Sequence record: OM362897.1
Strand: one strand, 5' to 3'
DNA: 64,000 nt
From: Escherichia phage SKA64
Shown here: piece by piece, positions 17,325 through 26,957 of the stretch
How positions within the stretch are numbered: position 1 is the stretch's first letter
How the letters are laid out: the number at the start of each line of letters is the position of its first letter
The notes under the pieces: generated by a model
The model's database searches: none
Seen by the model: the letters and a program-made list of their open reading frames with translations, nothing else
What the model was told of the DNA's origin: nothing
Position numbers and translations under genes: made by a program

Positions 17325-17722
17325 TATTCTGCCTCATCATAGAAGAAATCCAACTCTTGTTCCAGTTGTTTAACTCGATCCTTAACCCACTGTACACGTT
17401 TTTCATTAAACATGCAACGTTTTTCCTTACACTCTTGCTCAAAAGATTTTGCTGTGTTAAATGGGAAAGTTGTATCTAAGCCAGCGTTTTCAAAACTGGC
17501 TAATTGCATACCATAAACAGAATATGCTAAAGAATGCTCGGCCCGAAATTCATCACTTATATACATACGTAGACCTCGGCATAAGCCAACATCAGCGTAA
17601 CCACTTTCTCTTGGAAAGAGACGGAGGTGTTCTAACCAATTATTATAGAAATCTAAAAGAATCCTCTTACACTTCAAATCGATTGTCATAAAAAGTTTCT
17701 CCTTCATCGAACAAGTTGGCAA
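17324..17722 (-). CDS. paralog family A member
   Basis: LLDFYNNWL...GLCRGL...FPFN...VQWVKDRV. Confidence 0.55.
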   Translation of the reverse strand: MPTCSMKEKLFMTIDLKCKRILLDFYNNWLEHLRLFPRESGYADVGLCRGLRMYISDEFRAEHSLAYSVYGMQLASFENAGLDTTFPFNTAKSFEQECKEKRCMFNEKRVQWVKDRVKQLEQELDFFYDEAE

Positions 17723-18089
17723 GATTGTTCACGGCAATCTGGGTGGAAAGAAGACAACTGTTTGCAGACACATAAGCACGAGCTATTTTGTAAACATAGG
17801 CTTTCGTATTACAATTGTCTAGGATCGGAAGACTTTCGTCGATAGCATCTATAACACTAAACATCACATCTAAAACTTTAATGGTGAGTGTTGTATTTGT
17901 ATCTTCGTAACCTTTTTCAATCCGACCTGAATAGAAAGCATAGTCCTCAACAGTTCGTCGTTTAAACTGGCGCATAAAATCGGAACCATCTGTAGCAGAA
18001 TTGAACAAATTTTCAAAAAATACGTCCCATCCGGCAAAAAGGGCTGACAGCATGATTAAGTGATCTACAGATTCATTTTCTTGTTTCAT
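17667..18089 (-). CDS. hypothetical protein
   Basis: ORF track; GGAGAGGA RBS. Confidence 0.5.
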   Translation of the reverse strand: MKQENESVDHLIMLSALFAGWDVFFENLFNSATDGSDFMRQFKRRTVEDYAFYSGRIEKGYEDTNTTLTIKVLDVMFSVIDAIDESLPILDNCNTKAYVYKIARAYVSANSCLLSTQIAVNNLANLFDEGETFYDNRFEV

Positions 18090-18097
18090 ATCCTCTC

Positions 18098-18775
18098 CTA
18101 TTTAATGTTCAGTCTGGCACACAAACGAGAAACAGTTTTAGCATCCCATTTACCACCACGTGCTGTTGCTATTTTCTTACTATTGAATTTTTCAGCAATA
18201 GTTTTGTAAGGTGTATTTAAATCTCTAAGGATCTCCAAGCGTTCACGGAATGTCTCTGCAAAAGCGTCTGCTTTAACAGAGTTGTATTCCATTTTTCCTT
18301 TTCTACGTGCAGCGGCAGTTTTAGGATTAGCACTGCCTAATAAAACACCTTTGCTTTTTGCTACAGCAAGACCCTTTTTAATACGATCAGCAATACCTCT
18401 AACTTCTTGTTCAGCCAGAACAGACAGAAGCTGTATAACCATTTTATCTGCGTCTGGCATAATGGCTATCTTAACATCGATCATTTCTAGAAGAGTTGCT
18501 ACGGAGGCGTTATTACGACCCAAGCGGTCAACTTTAGCTACCAATAAAGTTGCTCCGGTAGCTTTACACATTTCAACCGCTTTAACCAGTTCCTTACGTT
18601 GCTTCCAATCGCCCTTACCCGAATAGTATTCAGAAAATTGACCAATAACTTCCGCATCAGGCACAGAGTCTAAGAAGTAACGGATATCATTCTCTTGGCT
18701 CTCCATACCATATTGTGCCTCACCTTTTTTCTGTTTAGAAAGACGACTGTAAACAACAAACTTTTTCATAACCAC
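18098..18775 (-). CDS. small serine recombinase (resolvase/invertase family)
   Basis: YSRLS catalytic-Ser context, LLVAKVDRLGRN, E-x-E...I-x-x-RIKKGL blocks; 225 aa, no large-integrase extension. Confidence 0.7.
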   Translation of the reverse strand: MVMKKFVVYSRLSKQKKGEAQYGMESQENDIRYFLDSVPDAEVIGQFSEYYSGKGDWKQRKELVKAVEMCKATGATLLVAKVDRLGRNNASVATLLEMIDVKIAIMPDADKMVIQLLSVLAEQEVRGIADRIKKGLAVAKSKGVLLGSANPKTAAARRKGKMEYNSVKADAFAETFRERLEILRDLNTPYKTIAEKFNSKKIATARGGKWDAKTVSRLCARLNIK

Positions 18776-18839
18776 TCCTAAACCATTGCTGTATTCTCAC
18801 TTTACAAAACGAATAAACACTTGTCAAGGTATTTATTAT

Positions 18840-19052
18840 TTACAGCCATTCTACTCTTAAGCAGTATTCCTCGACATGTTGTTTACGCTTGTTTTTGTCT
18901 ATGTAAGTGTATTCAACAAATGTCCCAAGATAGTCCTTGTCTACAGTGTGTGGGCTATTGATTGGACATTTAGTACGACAAACCCGTTGCCACTGACGAA
19001 GAATTACGGCTTTGTTTTTAGGATCAAATGGATGAGGGTAATGTACCTTCAT
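18840..19052 (-). CDS. hypothetical protein
   Basis: ORF track. Confidence 0.45.
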   Translation of the reverse strand: MKVHYPHPFDPKNKAVILRQWQRVCRTKCPINSPHTVDKDYLGTFVEYTYIDKNKRKQHVEEYCLRVEWL

Positions 19053-19376
19053 TCACGCCCCCTGTTTTAGTCGAAAAATATTTTGAATAACTAGAGATGT
19101 ATAGTTATCACCTAGTCCCATAAGTTCTACTTCCAAGTTTCTAATATCTTCCACCGTAGGAGGATATGTTGGTAAAAATGCTTGAGCATTGCCAGATCCA
19201 ACCTCATTGCTGTAAGCAGTTGTAAAATTGTAAGATACAAAACATGAAACACCTTTTTGTCGGTACCCGATTAATCGACGAATACACCAGATAAGAGCTA
19301 AACCTATGAGAACACCTCCTAAACCAGCTAACAAGAAGGATAAGTTCATAATAGCTTCGTTAACAACTGCTTGCAT
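19053..19376 (-). CDS. membrane-anchored protein
   Basis: ORF track; hydrophobic LSFLLAGLGGVLIGLALIW segment. Confidence 0.5.
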   Translation of the reverse strand: MQAVVNEAIMNLSFLLAGLGGVLIGLALIWCIRRLIGYRQKGVSCFVSYNFTTAYSNEVGSGNAQAFLPTYPPTVEDIRNLEVELMGLGDNYTSLVIQNIFRLKQGA

Positions 19377-19386
19377 TCTTTTCTCC

Positions 19387-19740
19387 TTAGTTATGTAAAC
19401 CCAAATGCGCTACAACTTCCCTACGATAAGATAACTGCATAGCGATTTTATAGCCAGGATGAAAACCATTTACATCAATGTCATCAAACCAAACCTCAAA
19501 CGAACCGTGCTTAAGGGTCATTAAGTTGATATACCATTCGATAGTATAATGATCGTTAGCAATACCTTCGATGTAAAACTCTCGGCAACAATGAGATAAA
19601 TCTTCACTTGTTTCACGTTTCCAGTCTTTGATAGCACCCTTCTCTTTAGCTTTATTCAGAATGTGGATCAGGTCTTCAACTTGCATATTCTCTCCTTTAG
19701 TTCCAACTAATAATGATGTGTTTGATAATCCCAAAAACAC
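19387..19740 (-). CDS. hypothetical protein
   Basis: ORF track. Confidence 0.5.
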   Translation of the reverse strand: MFLGLSNTSLLVGTKGENMQVEDLIHILNKAKEKGAIKDWKRETSEDLSHCCREFYIEGIANDHYTIEWYINLMTLKHGSFEVWFDDIDVNGFHPGYKIAMQLSYRREVVAHLGLHN

Positions 19741-20251
19741 TGTGCTCTGCGGTTGCCAATGTTACATCCAAACCTTTTGCACGTAGCATTGTAGCTACAA
19801 CATTTGCCCCTCTTTTCTGCTCACTTATCTGTTCATAAGAAGAAGGGTTATTGCACAAACCAAAACTGGAAGGTTCAAAGTATTTTTCAAACTTCCCTTG
19901 TTCCGCACAATCTTCAATCTCTAATAGAACGGCGTCTACCATTTCAGTAAAATGGGAATTTGCTTGCAGTGCTTTATTACGCAGTTTATCACGTAAACTT
20001 CCCGTAGATTCTTCCTGCTCTTCTGTCTGTCCATCTTCACAGAAAGGATGAAGTTCAGCCCAGTCCCAAGCATCTCCTTCTAAAGCAAATGGAGTGTTGT
20101 AATTGAAGAAAGTGCAGCGCGGATATTCCCCGTTGAAAGAATCTTTCAGCAGAATATATTTCTTACCGTTTGCATGGAAGAGTTCTCCTTTGATAACCTT
20201 ACCTACAAGGATATCACTGTTAGTGGAACGGGTGCAAATAAATTTTTTCAT
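19697..20251 (-). CDS. hypothetical protein
   Basis: ORF track; GAGGAGAA RBS. Confidence 0.55.
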   Translation of the reverse strand: MKKFICTRSTNSDILVGKVIKGELFHANGKKYILLKDSFNGEYPRCTFFNYNTPFALEGDAWDWAELHPFCEDGQTEEQEESTGSLRDKLRNKALQANSHFTEMVDAVLLEIEDCAEQGKFEKYFEPSSFGLCNNPSSYEQISEQKRGANVVATMLRAKGLDVTLATAEHSVFGIIKHIIISWN

Positions 20252-20313
20252 GATTTTCTCCTCTTTGTTTCGATGAGATGATTATGACAAAGACAGATCC
20301 TTCTGTCAACTAT

Positions 20314-20535
20314 TTATTTCCATTCCCCTTGGTGTTCTTTGATCTCATAAGAGTAGTATTCGAACATGCTCATACAAACCACACCAGACATTTCTAAACA
20401 AAGAGGTTTACTATTATAAAAGGCACTTATCATTCTTCCAGCTTTATCTGCTGACTCTTTAGTATCACATCCGCAAACTGTTCTCACCCAAGGATTAGGG
20501 CCATCATACTTAAGACGCACAATCCACATGATCAT
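20314..20535 (-). CDS. hypothetical protein
   Basis: ORF track. Confidence 0.45.
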   Translation of the reverse strand: MIMWIVRLKYDGPNPWVRTVCGCDTKESADKAGRMISAFYNSKPLCLEMSGVVCMSMFEYYSYEIKEHQGEWK

Positions 20536-20759
20536 TCTTCCATCTCAAACCATTCAGGGAACACTTTGCGGAAGACCCGCGTGTTTTCTAAGAGAAATTC
20601 CAACTCTTTTTCCAAATCTGCGTTCCAACCGTTTATTTTAACACGGATTGCCAATGCACTTGCACGGCGACTCAATTCTTGACAGATTGGATCACGCAGA
20701 ACTATTGAGTCATAAAACTGACAAACAGCCTCAAGTTCATACCAGTTATAATCTGACAT
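20532..20759 (-). CDS. hypothetical protein
   Basis: ORF track; ATGA overlap. Confidence 0.45.
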   Translation of the reverse strand: MSDYNWYELEAVCQFYDSIVLRDPICQELSRRASALAIRVKINGWNADLEKELEFLLENTRVFRKVFPEWFEMEE

Positions 20760-21085
20760 TATTCATCCTCCTCTGCAATACGATCTCTTACCCAATTAAT
20801 CCTGTCCACGTTCAGGTGACATACCTCTGCATCTGATTCTAAGACATATGCATCGTAGTTCTCATTGAAAGGGAGTGCTTGACTCAACCCTTTATAGTGG
20901 AACTGCGCGTGCATTTCATCTGATAAGGTCGTTATAATGGGGTTGTAATTGCCTCTGTGCACATAGTCGAATAAGTTGGCACACAAACCGCAATCCCGCC
21001 GAAAAGGTTTACCATCAGGAGCACCAACATCAATCCATGCTAGATAAATTTTATAAAACTCTATCAACCTTGCGCTTGTTTTCAT
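20759..21085 (-). CDS. paralog family A member
   Basis: FYKIYLAWI...GLCANL...PFN...INWVRDRI. Confidence 0.55.
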   Translation of the reverse strand: MKTSARLIEFYKIYLAWIDVGAPDGKPFRRDCGLCANLFDYVHRGNYNPIITTLSDEMHAQFHYKGLSQALPFNENYDAYVLESDAEVCHLNVDRINWVRDRIAEEDE

Positions 21086-21323
21086 TTAGCCACCTCGTTA
21101 GTTTTTCTTGCTCTTTGTTTGCGCGTTCTAAGCTTCTGAACTTTAAACAGAGGGAACGAGAATCCCTACCCATGCACAAGCTTTCATCTAAGCTGTGCTC
21201 CCCAACCAACCAAAGAGAGTATGTTTGAACATCTAACCCATAGTTTCTGTCTTTCCATAATCTCACCCCAAGAACATCAAAAGGAGCTTCCGTGACTAAA
21301 GAAAGAAACCGATCTTTATTCAT
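21051..21323 (-). CDS. hypothetical protein
   Basis: ORF track. Confidence 0.45.
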   Translation of the reverse strand: MNKDRFLSLVTEAPFDVLGVRLWKDRNYGLDVQTYSLWLVGEHSLDESLCMGRDSRSLCLKFRSLERANKEQEKLTRWLNENKRKVDRVL

Positions 21324-21385
21324 ATTACACCACCTTACTCACGTTGATAATGTATGTATACCATACATAAAATAAATGTCAAGGC

Positions 21386-21586
21386 TTATCGACACAGATA
21401 GTTGTAACGATCTGCTTTATCCTCTGCTTCAGCAAAGTCAGCAATCAAGGAAGTTTTAAGTTCTTCCAACTCTTTCACCCAAGAGTCGTAATCGTCCTGT
21501 GTTTCTCCAATAGTTTGGAGAAAACAATCGTCGTAGCCAATAGACATGGCTAACTCGATAATACGTTCCAGTTTTTCTTCCATCAC
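21386..21586 (-). CDS. hypothetical protein
   Basis: ORF track. Confidence 0.45.
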   Translation of the reverse strand: MMEEKLERIIELAMSIGYDDCFLQTIGETQDDYDSWVKELEELKTSLIADFAEAEDKADRYNYLCR

Positions 21587-21945
21587 TTCTCTCCTTCTAC
21601 AGACTTCTGTTTAACATAAAAGTAAGCACCACGGGCAAGATACAAATCATGTTCAATATCGCTCACAGGAAAACCATCTGGATTTTTAAAACCATCTTCT
21701 ACAGCCAAAATGAGAGATCGTAAACTGATAGCTAACAACTCCATTTGATCTTGTAGTTTTCTATTTTCTGCGTAAAGGTTTTTGCATTTTTGTTCTGCAT
21801 TTTTCCATTGTTCTAATGCATGATCATAGCGGTGCATAAGAATAGCTTTTTCTTGTTCACGCTTAAAAGTTTCTTCGCAAATGAAACCTGTGCCTAAACC
21901 AGTTTCTTCGTCTTTGACAAACACTTCAACAAAATCTTTAGACAT
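21583..21945 (-). CDS. hypothetical protein
   Basis: internal ATG (MSKDF) with AGGAGA RBS preferred so as not to overlap neighbour. Confidence 0.5.
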   Translation of the reverse strand: MSKDFVEVFVKDEETGLGTGFICEETFKREQEKAILMHRYDHALEQWKNAEQKCKNLYAENRKLQDQMELLAISLRSLILAVEDGFKNPDGFPVSDIEHDLYLARGAYFYVKQKSVEGEK

Positions 21946-21946
21946 A

Positions 21947-22210
21947 TTATCTCCTATTTGCTTTCGGATACTCCCAACCCTCTGGGAGATCTTCTTTACA
22001 CATCCACTCAAAAGGCCAGCGACAATAACTGTGCCACTTTCCATTGAGATACAAACAATCTTCATCTATTGGTCCACAAGGGTTGATAACTACAACACAC
22101 CCTTTTGCTCGCCAATATTGAACTATTTCAGGGTAAAAACAAGAAACGTCGGTCCACTCCCAAATACGTTCATCATTCAAACGGTATGCTGCTGGCAATG
22201 TCTCTTTCAT
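21947..22210 (-). CDS. Cys/Trp-rich small protein
   Basis: ORF track. Confidence 0.45.
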   Translation of the reverse strand: MKETLPAAYRLNDERIWEWTDVSCFYPEIVQYWRAKGCVVVINPCGPIDEDCLYLNGKWHSYCRWPFEWMCKEDLPEGWEYPKANRR

Positions 22211-22214
22211 ATTA

Positions 22215-22661
22215 TTAAACCTCTGTCAAAGAGAAACGCCAATCCTTACTACTACCTACGCCAAGGAAGATATAGTCTCCGGTACTAACGGAAATACGCC
22301 AAGCGGGAATCCAATCAGGAATCTCTGGCTTATGGCTGTAACCATAACGATCACCATCCGAGTCTGTTGCAATATAATTAACAAATTCAGGAACATCTAA
22401 AGTTTCACCTTGATACTCTACACGCTTGAAGCCATCTTCCACTTCTTTCTCACCTTCTACCAGACAAGCAAGAAGTTTGATGTGAGGGCAAGTGAAATCT
22501 TGTCCTGGATAACGTGAACGGATATCGGTTAACAATGCGATCACAGCATCCGATAACTCTTTATAATCCTCATATCTTACAAATGTGCCTTCTGTCGGAT
22601 CATCAGGACACAAACGCCAAGCATCGTTGCAGTTTACAGCATAATGTCTCACTTTAGTCAT
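22215..22661 (-). CDS. hypothetical protein
   Basis: ORF track. Confidence 0.5.
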   Translation of the reverse strand: MTKVRHYAVNCNDAWRLCPDDPTEGTFVRYEDYKELSDAVIALLTDIRSRYPGQDFTCPHIKLLACLVEGEKEVEDGFKRVEYQGETLDVPEFVNYIATDSDGDRYGYSHKPEIPDWIPAWRISVSTGDYIFLGVGSSKDWRFSLTEV

Positions 22662-22670
22662 AAATCCCCC

Positions 22671-23069
22671 TTATCGTTGCGTACAATCAGCTTCTAGAGT
22701 AAGAACATTCGTTATTGTTTTATCATTTTTTAGAAATGCAAACCAAGCTAAAGTGTCTCGATACTCTGTGCGCATCATCACAACTTCAGTAGTGCCAATA
22801 AACTGTTGTGAACCGTACATAGCACTACCATCTTTACTTTTTTCTCCTGTGTGTTGCAGAATGCCACTCATCAAAGCACCACCTGAATTTTTAAGGATAA
22901 AGGAGTTATCTTTATTAATGACAACAGAAGCCATTTTCTTAGGACCAGAAATAACTTCACCTTTCAGATTTTTAACAACCACATCTGACACACACTCATA
23001 AACTTGAGACGCATTTGCTGTTCCAAGTGATGCAATGAGTAACAATAAACCTACGATGATCTTTTTCAT
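22671..23069 (-). CDS. secreted protein with Sec signal peptide
   Basis: MKKIIVGLLLLIASLGTANA-SQ signal peptide; AGAGGAG RBS. Confidence 0.55.
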   Translation of the reverse strand: MKKIIVGLLLLIASLGTANASQVYECVSDVVVKNLKGEVISGPKKMASVVINKDNSFILKNSGGALMSGILQHTGEKSKDGSAMYGSQQFIGTTEVVMMRTEYRDTLAWFAFLKNDKTITNVLTLEADCTQR

Positions 23070-23164
23070 ATAAACTCTCCTCTTTATTTACCCGACGCGC
23101 CCCTGTTGGGCGGAAAGGGTTGTACGCAAAATTTTTAGCTCCAATCGTCGGGTGTCCCGACTCC

Positions 23165-23371
23165 TTACGCTTTTAATGTTTTAACAGAATGACAAGCTTT
23201 GCAAACCATAACCGGAACAAGTTCGTCTCCACTATCCGCATAAATCACTGTTTTCTTCATTCTGCCACCACATGAACAATACTCTGTATGATCCACTGGA
23301 ATATTAAATATTCCGTAATCACTTTCATACTGTTTCTTACATATGGACACTGCTTTTGTAAAACAAGACAT
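23165..23371 (-). CDS. small zinc-ribbon protein
   Basis: ORF track; C-x-C...C-x2-C. Confidence 0.5.
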   Translation of the reverse strand: MSCFTKAVSICKKQYESDYGIFNIPVDHTEYCSCGGRMKKTVIYADSGDELVPVMVCKACHSVKTLKA

Positions 23372-23373
23372 AC

Positions 23374-23595
23374 CTACTCCGAAAGAACATTCACTTCATC
23401 AGAGAAAAATACGTAATCACAACCTTCCCAAACATCTTCTTCAAACCACTCCCATCCCTCAACTTTGGACATTTCTTCTATCGTAACAAAGAATGTTGTC
23501 ATGTCATCGCTAACAAGATGTGCTTCAACAACAAAAGGAATCTGAACATTCTCAAAACCAACATAACCCAATACATCACAAACTCTAATTTTCAT
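23374..23595 (-). CDS. paralog family B member
   Basis: shares W-x-WF-x-E...EG-x-DYVFF with 26970..27200. Confidence 0.5.
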   Translation of the reverse strand: MKIRVCDVLGYVGFENVQIPFVVEAHLVSDDMTTFFVTIEEMSKVEGWEWFEEDVWEGCDYVFFSDEVNVLSE

Positions 23596-23596
23596 A

Positions 23597-23797
23597 TTAT
23601 GCTCCTTTGTAGATTATGTTGGTGCGTTCACACTCTGCTACCAGCAAGCGATTAGCAATGTTATCCATAGGAACATTAATCTCTACACTCCAGGCATTGA
23701 TACACACTTCTTCAATCTTTGCTCCCAACATTTGTGCGATCAGGGCAACAGCCCCAGCATATTCAAGTTTAATCTCAATTACCATTTTGCACCTCAA
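23597..23797 (-). CDS. hypothetical protein
   Basis: ORF track. Confidence 0.45.
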   Translation of the reverse strand: MRCKMVIEIKLEYAGAVALIAQMLGAKIEEVCINAWSVEINVPMDNIANRLLVAECERTNIIYKGA

Positions 23798-23799
23798 GG

Positions 23800-24036
23800 T
23801 TATTTATCTTGCTTGTATCTTACAAGGCGATCACACTCTAGGTCAAGAAATTTCTCCGCATTTCGTTCATGTTTGAGCACAATACATTGTTCTTTCCAGT
23901 CTGTAGCTCTTTGCTGCGCTGCTCCTGGGTCAAAATCCCAAAGCCATGCCGCGAAAAGAACAACCATAACAATCACTAAGAAACTAAACACTATTGGCAT
24001 TGCACATCCTCCTGTGTAGCATGGTCTTTTACCCAT
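23800..24036 (-). CDS. small membrane protein
   Basis: ORF track; PIVFSFLVIVMVVLFAAWLW hydrophobic helix. Confidence 0.45.
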   Translation of the reverse strand: MGKRPCYTGGCAMPIVFSFLVIVMVVLFAAWLWDFDPGAAQQRATDWKEQCIVLKHERNAEKFLDLECDRLVRYKQDK

Positions 24037-24305
24037 TTTATACGGGCAGCATTCAAATGCAATAGCCCGTTTCTTTGTGCAAAATCATATTTAAACCAGT
24101 CTCCGTCATCAAACGGGTATTCTTCAGACAATCCTGCCTCACGGAATTGCATTTGCATTTCATAATTTAGATCATCATAACCTCCAGTCCAAAGGTAGAG
24201 GCAACTACATAATCCTTTATCATGCCAGAAAGGATTATTATCTGGAGCACCAGCTAACAGCCAGTTATGATATGCTTGATAAAATTCTTTAAGTTCTTCT
24301 GACAT
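23991..24305 (-). CDS. paralog family A member
   Basis: FYQAYHNWL...GLCSCL...IKWVKDH. Confidence 0.55.
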   Translation of the reverse strand: MSEELKEFYQAYHNWLLAGAPDNNPFWHDKGLCSCLYLWTGGYDDLNYEMQMQFREAGLSEEYPFDDGDWFKYDFAQRNGLLHLNAARIKWVKDHATQEDVQCQ

Positions 24306-24482
24306 TTAACCTCCTGTGTACAGGGTTGAAAGATACACAGCAAAAGCATTCTCGGCTGTTTTCACCTCCTCTTCAAGATCTTCACGCTCTGCTGGCGTTA
24401 ATGCATTCCGCACAGCAGCGTCTGCTTCTCGGATTTTTCTTACTAAACGTGAAACATCTTTCAATTGTTGAAAAGTAGCCAT
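24306..24482 (-). CDS. 58 aa small protein (not in ORF track)
   Basis: ATG after GGAGAAAG; MATFQQLKDVSRLVRKIREADAAVRNALTPAER... Confidence 0.4.
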   Translation of the reverse strand: MATFQQLKDVSRLVRKIREADAAVRNALTPAEREDLEEEVKTAENAFAVYLSTLYTGG

Positions 24483-24497
24483 AATCTTTCTCCTGTT

Positions 24498-24782
24498 TTA
24501 GTGAGTATCACGCCATTCGGCAATCTCTTCGGCTAAACGATCACAAGAATCGAAAGCCACTTTACCTTTAGTCTGATTTTCATATCGCACTTCCTTCAAT
24601 GCGAGTAATGCATTCACCAGATTATCAACACCTTGATCATCCAGTGCGATAACATCGAAGTTAAACCCTGTGTCAGTTGGGACTTTACGTTTTATGGTGT
24701 AATAGTCCCCTTCATGACGTTCAACATACACGTATGGGTAACTGCTGTTCGGATCATGTTTTACGCGAATAGATGTTTTCAT
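24498..24782 (-). CDS. hypothetical protein
   Basis: ORF track; GGAGAACAAAAC RBS. Confidence 0.5.
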   Translation of the reverse strand: MKTSIRVKHDPNSSYPYVYVERHEGDYYTIKRKVPTDTGFNFDVIALDDQGVDNLVNALLALKEVRYENQTKGKVAFDSCDRLAEEIAEWRDTH

Positions 24783-24797
24783 GTTTTGTTCTCCTCT

Positions 24798-25049
24798 TTA
24801 GTCAAACCAGTTGTATTCAGAAGGGTAACGAGCGTAGTTTGGCTTATACCCCAACCTTTTCATCTTAACAGACATACGAGTGAAGCCAAAGGTTGTTTTG
24901 CCCTTAGACATAAACTTCTTCCCGCTCTTCATTGGCTTCTTAGGGTTTTTGATCGTCTGGTGTAACGCTCGCGCAAGCCACAAAGTGTATGCGCTCGGCA
25001 CTTGATTAACTTTCATCTTGTTACCTTTCATCATTTCACCTCGGACCAA
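24798..25049 (-). CDS. small basic protein
   Basis: ORF track; Lys/Arg rich. Confidence 0.45.
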   Translation of the reverse strand: MVRGEMMKGNKMKVNQVPSAYTLWLARALHQTIKNPKKPMKSGKKFMSKGKTTFGFTRMSVKMKRLGYKPNYARYPSEYNWFD

Positions 25050-25330
25050 TCAATAGTGATCCACTCGTATGCCCCGTTCAGATCCATTTCTTTATAAACA
25101 ATAAGCCCACGCTCACGAAGAATTGCTACTGCTTCATCCATCCACTTCACCTGATTGTAGATCTGCTCTGGGTGGGTGGGAGAATTATTCAGACCAAAAT
25201 CAGATGGCGTGAAATTTCTTGAAGAGTTTCCCGCTCGTGCTTCAGCAAAACATGTCTCGATCACTTCTTCAACAGGGAAGTTGAAGGAAGCTTCTTTTGC
25301 AATACGGCGTAACTGTTCGGTCAGATTCAT
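25031..25330 (-). CDS. hypothetical protein
   Basis: ORF track; AAGGAGAA RBS. Confidence 0.5.
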   Translation of the reverse strand: MNLTEQLRRIAKEASFNFPVEEVIETCFAEARAGNSSRNFTPSDFGLNNSPTHPEQIYNQVKWMDEAVAILRERGLIVYKEMDLNGAYEWITIDWSEVK

Positions 25331-25357
25331 CTTATTCTCCTTTCGTTGTGCGAAACA

Positions 25358-25861
25358 TTATAACAGATCTAATGCTTTCAACTCTTCTTTCAATGATTCA
25401 GGCAGGTCACATTCAATGTCAATCAGAGATAACAAGTGACCAACAATGCCTTCCAGATGTTGATACTCACTATAACTTATAAATTCAGAATTGTAAACAG
25501 AAACATCCTTAGTTTCTTTCACAACTTCCCCCGCAGACACGCACATAAAAAAGTTACGCTCTCCGCGAGCTAACAATATCTCCCAACTCCTGAACGGATA
25601 CTGTCCAGCTTCAATAATATCCCCGCTGTCCAATAAAGTCAATGAGCAAACAGACCCTGATTCACTAACATCCTCGACGCGGAAACAAGACCCTTCAATC
25701 AAAGCTGCCATTTTGAAATTTTCATCAGAGATCATAGAGAAAGCTTCACAGGCAGCTTTACTTTTGAAACAATAAACAGCATTAACTTTAAACATAACAT
25801 TCCCCTTTTTAAACAAAAGATACGCCGATGGTAGCAACAACCAAACGTTTATAAACTTCAA
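25358..25861 (-). CDS. hypothetical protein
   Basis: ORF track. Confidence 0.5.
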   Translation of the reverse strand: MKFINVWLLLPSAYLLFKKGNVMFKVNAVYCFKSKAACEAFSMISDENFKMAALIEGSCFRVEDVSESGSVCSLTLLDSGDIIEAGQYPFRSWEILLARGERNFFMCVSAGEVVKETKDVSVYNSEFISYSEYQHLEGIVGHLLSLIDIECDLPESLKEELKALDLL

Positions 25862-26267
25862 CCTCTTCTGTAGGATTAGACATTTTATGCTCTGCTGCCT
25901 CTTTCAAAGCTTCTTCATAACTTTCAAATCCAGAAATACAGGTGTCATCAGTCATTACAACATACCACTCTTCTTTTGTTGTATCAACAGGTTCTTCTTG
26001 TGGTTTTCCACGACCACCACGAACACCACCGTCAACAAAATAATCTATATGAGCAGAATTGATTATGTAACGATCCCCATCACCAGCAGTGATAATACCG
26101 TCTCTCATACCTATTACAACCATTGACAAGATATTACCATTTGCATCAGTGCTCAACACCTCGAAAAAATTCTCTCCAATGATAGCAGCAATACTGTTAT
26201 CAAAGGTAGAATATAATCGCATATAATCCTCATCCTGGAAACGGTAGACATGACCTTCTTTAAACAT
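25809..26267 (-). CDS. hypothetical protein
   Basis: ORF track. Confidence 0.5.
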   Translation of the reverse strand: MFKEGHVYRFQDEDYMRLYSTFDNSIAAIIGENFFEVLSTDANGNILSMVVIGMRDGIITAGDGDRYIINSAHIDYFVDGGVRGGRGKPQEEPVDTTKEEWYVVMTDDTCISGFESYEEALKEAAEHKMSNPTEEVEVYKRLVVATIGVSFV

Positions 26268-26721
26268 TGTTCTCTCCTCCTAACTCATCATACCATTTCA
26301 AAGCGTCTTTTGGAAGCATACCAAAATCTTCTTTTAGTTCTTTTTCAATCTCTTCTTGCATTTCCATCAGCGTTTTCAGTTGACGGACTTTTTTGTGCAT
26401 AGCCACATTCCTTTCATTAAGGTTTGTCACTACATTATTTGCACGACTCGGTGGAAATGACAAAGGTTTCACGGGAAGATAATCTTCGATATTATCTAGT
26501 GCGTTACGAAAATTATGATCCAAGAAACGCACATCTACACGATTGTAATCGGCAGCTACAACAGTGAACACTTTAAACGGCACATTGGATAAAGTATGTT
26601 GCACATAGACAGTACCCATATTGCCTTCAATTTTACTATTAACTTCCAGCAAACCTGTATGAGCACTAACATAATCGTGAACACATTGCACATAAGCTGC
26701 CAGTATAGTGAATTGTCTCAT
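26260..26721 (-). CDS. hypothetical protein
   Basis: ORF track. Confidence 0.5.
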   Translation of the reverse strand: MRQFTILAAYVQCVHDYVSAHTGLLEVNSKIEGNMGTVYVQHTLSNVPFKVFTVVAADYNRVDVRFLDHNFRNALDNIEDYLPVKPLSFPPSRANNVVTNLNERNVAMHKKVRQLKTLMEMQEEIEKELKEDFGMLPKDALKWYDELGGENNV

Positions 26722-26957
26722 TTTCTACCTCCCCATAATGCTAACATTTTATTGAAAATGGAAACGCGTCGTGCGCGAGATGCCATATCATAATTCATTC
26801 TTTCCGTCCCTGCAAGAAATTGATCTACTGTAATCAACGCTTTTGTCTTCTCTTTCAGAGTTTGCATATTCATCCATTCACATTCAGAGTACCAATTATC
26901 GAAATACAAACTATCAAGAAGATCCATTGCTGCTTCGTTCTGCTGTGGTGTGATCAT
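26718..26957 (-). CDS. hypothetical protein
   Basis: ORF track. Confidence 0.45.
   Translation of the reverse strand: MITPQQNEAAMDLLDSLYFDNWYSECEWMNMQTLKEKTKALITVDQFLAGTERMNYDMASRARRVSIFNKMLALWGGRK

Noticed and set aside
18282-18626. Antisense ORFs in the ORF track opposite well-supported genes (for example 18282..18626, 15063..15257, 21881..22288, 39661..40119, 43941..44297, 56917..57561)
   Set aside because: They lie inside longer opposite-strand genes with recognisable domains or better RBS context and have low-complexity composition typical of antisense frames.
18098-18775. Integrase of a temperate prophage
   Set aside because: The recombinase is a small resolvase/invertase type without the large-serine-integrase C-terminal domains, and no attachment-site repeats or lysogeny genes are present.
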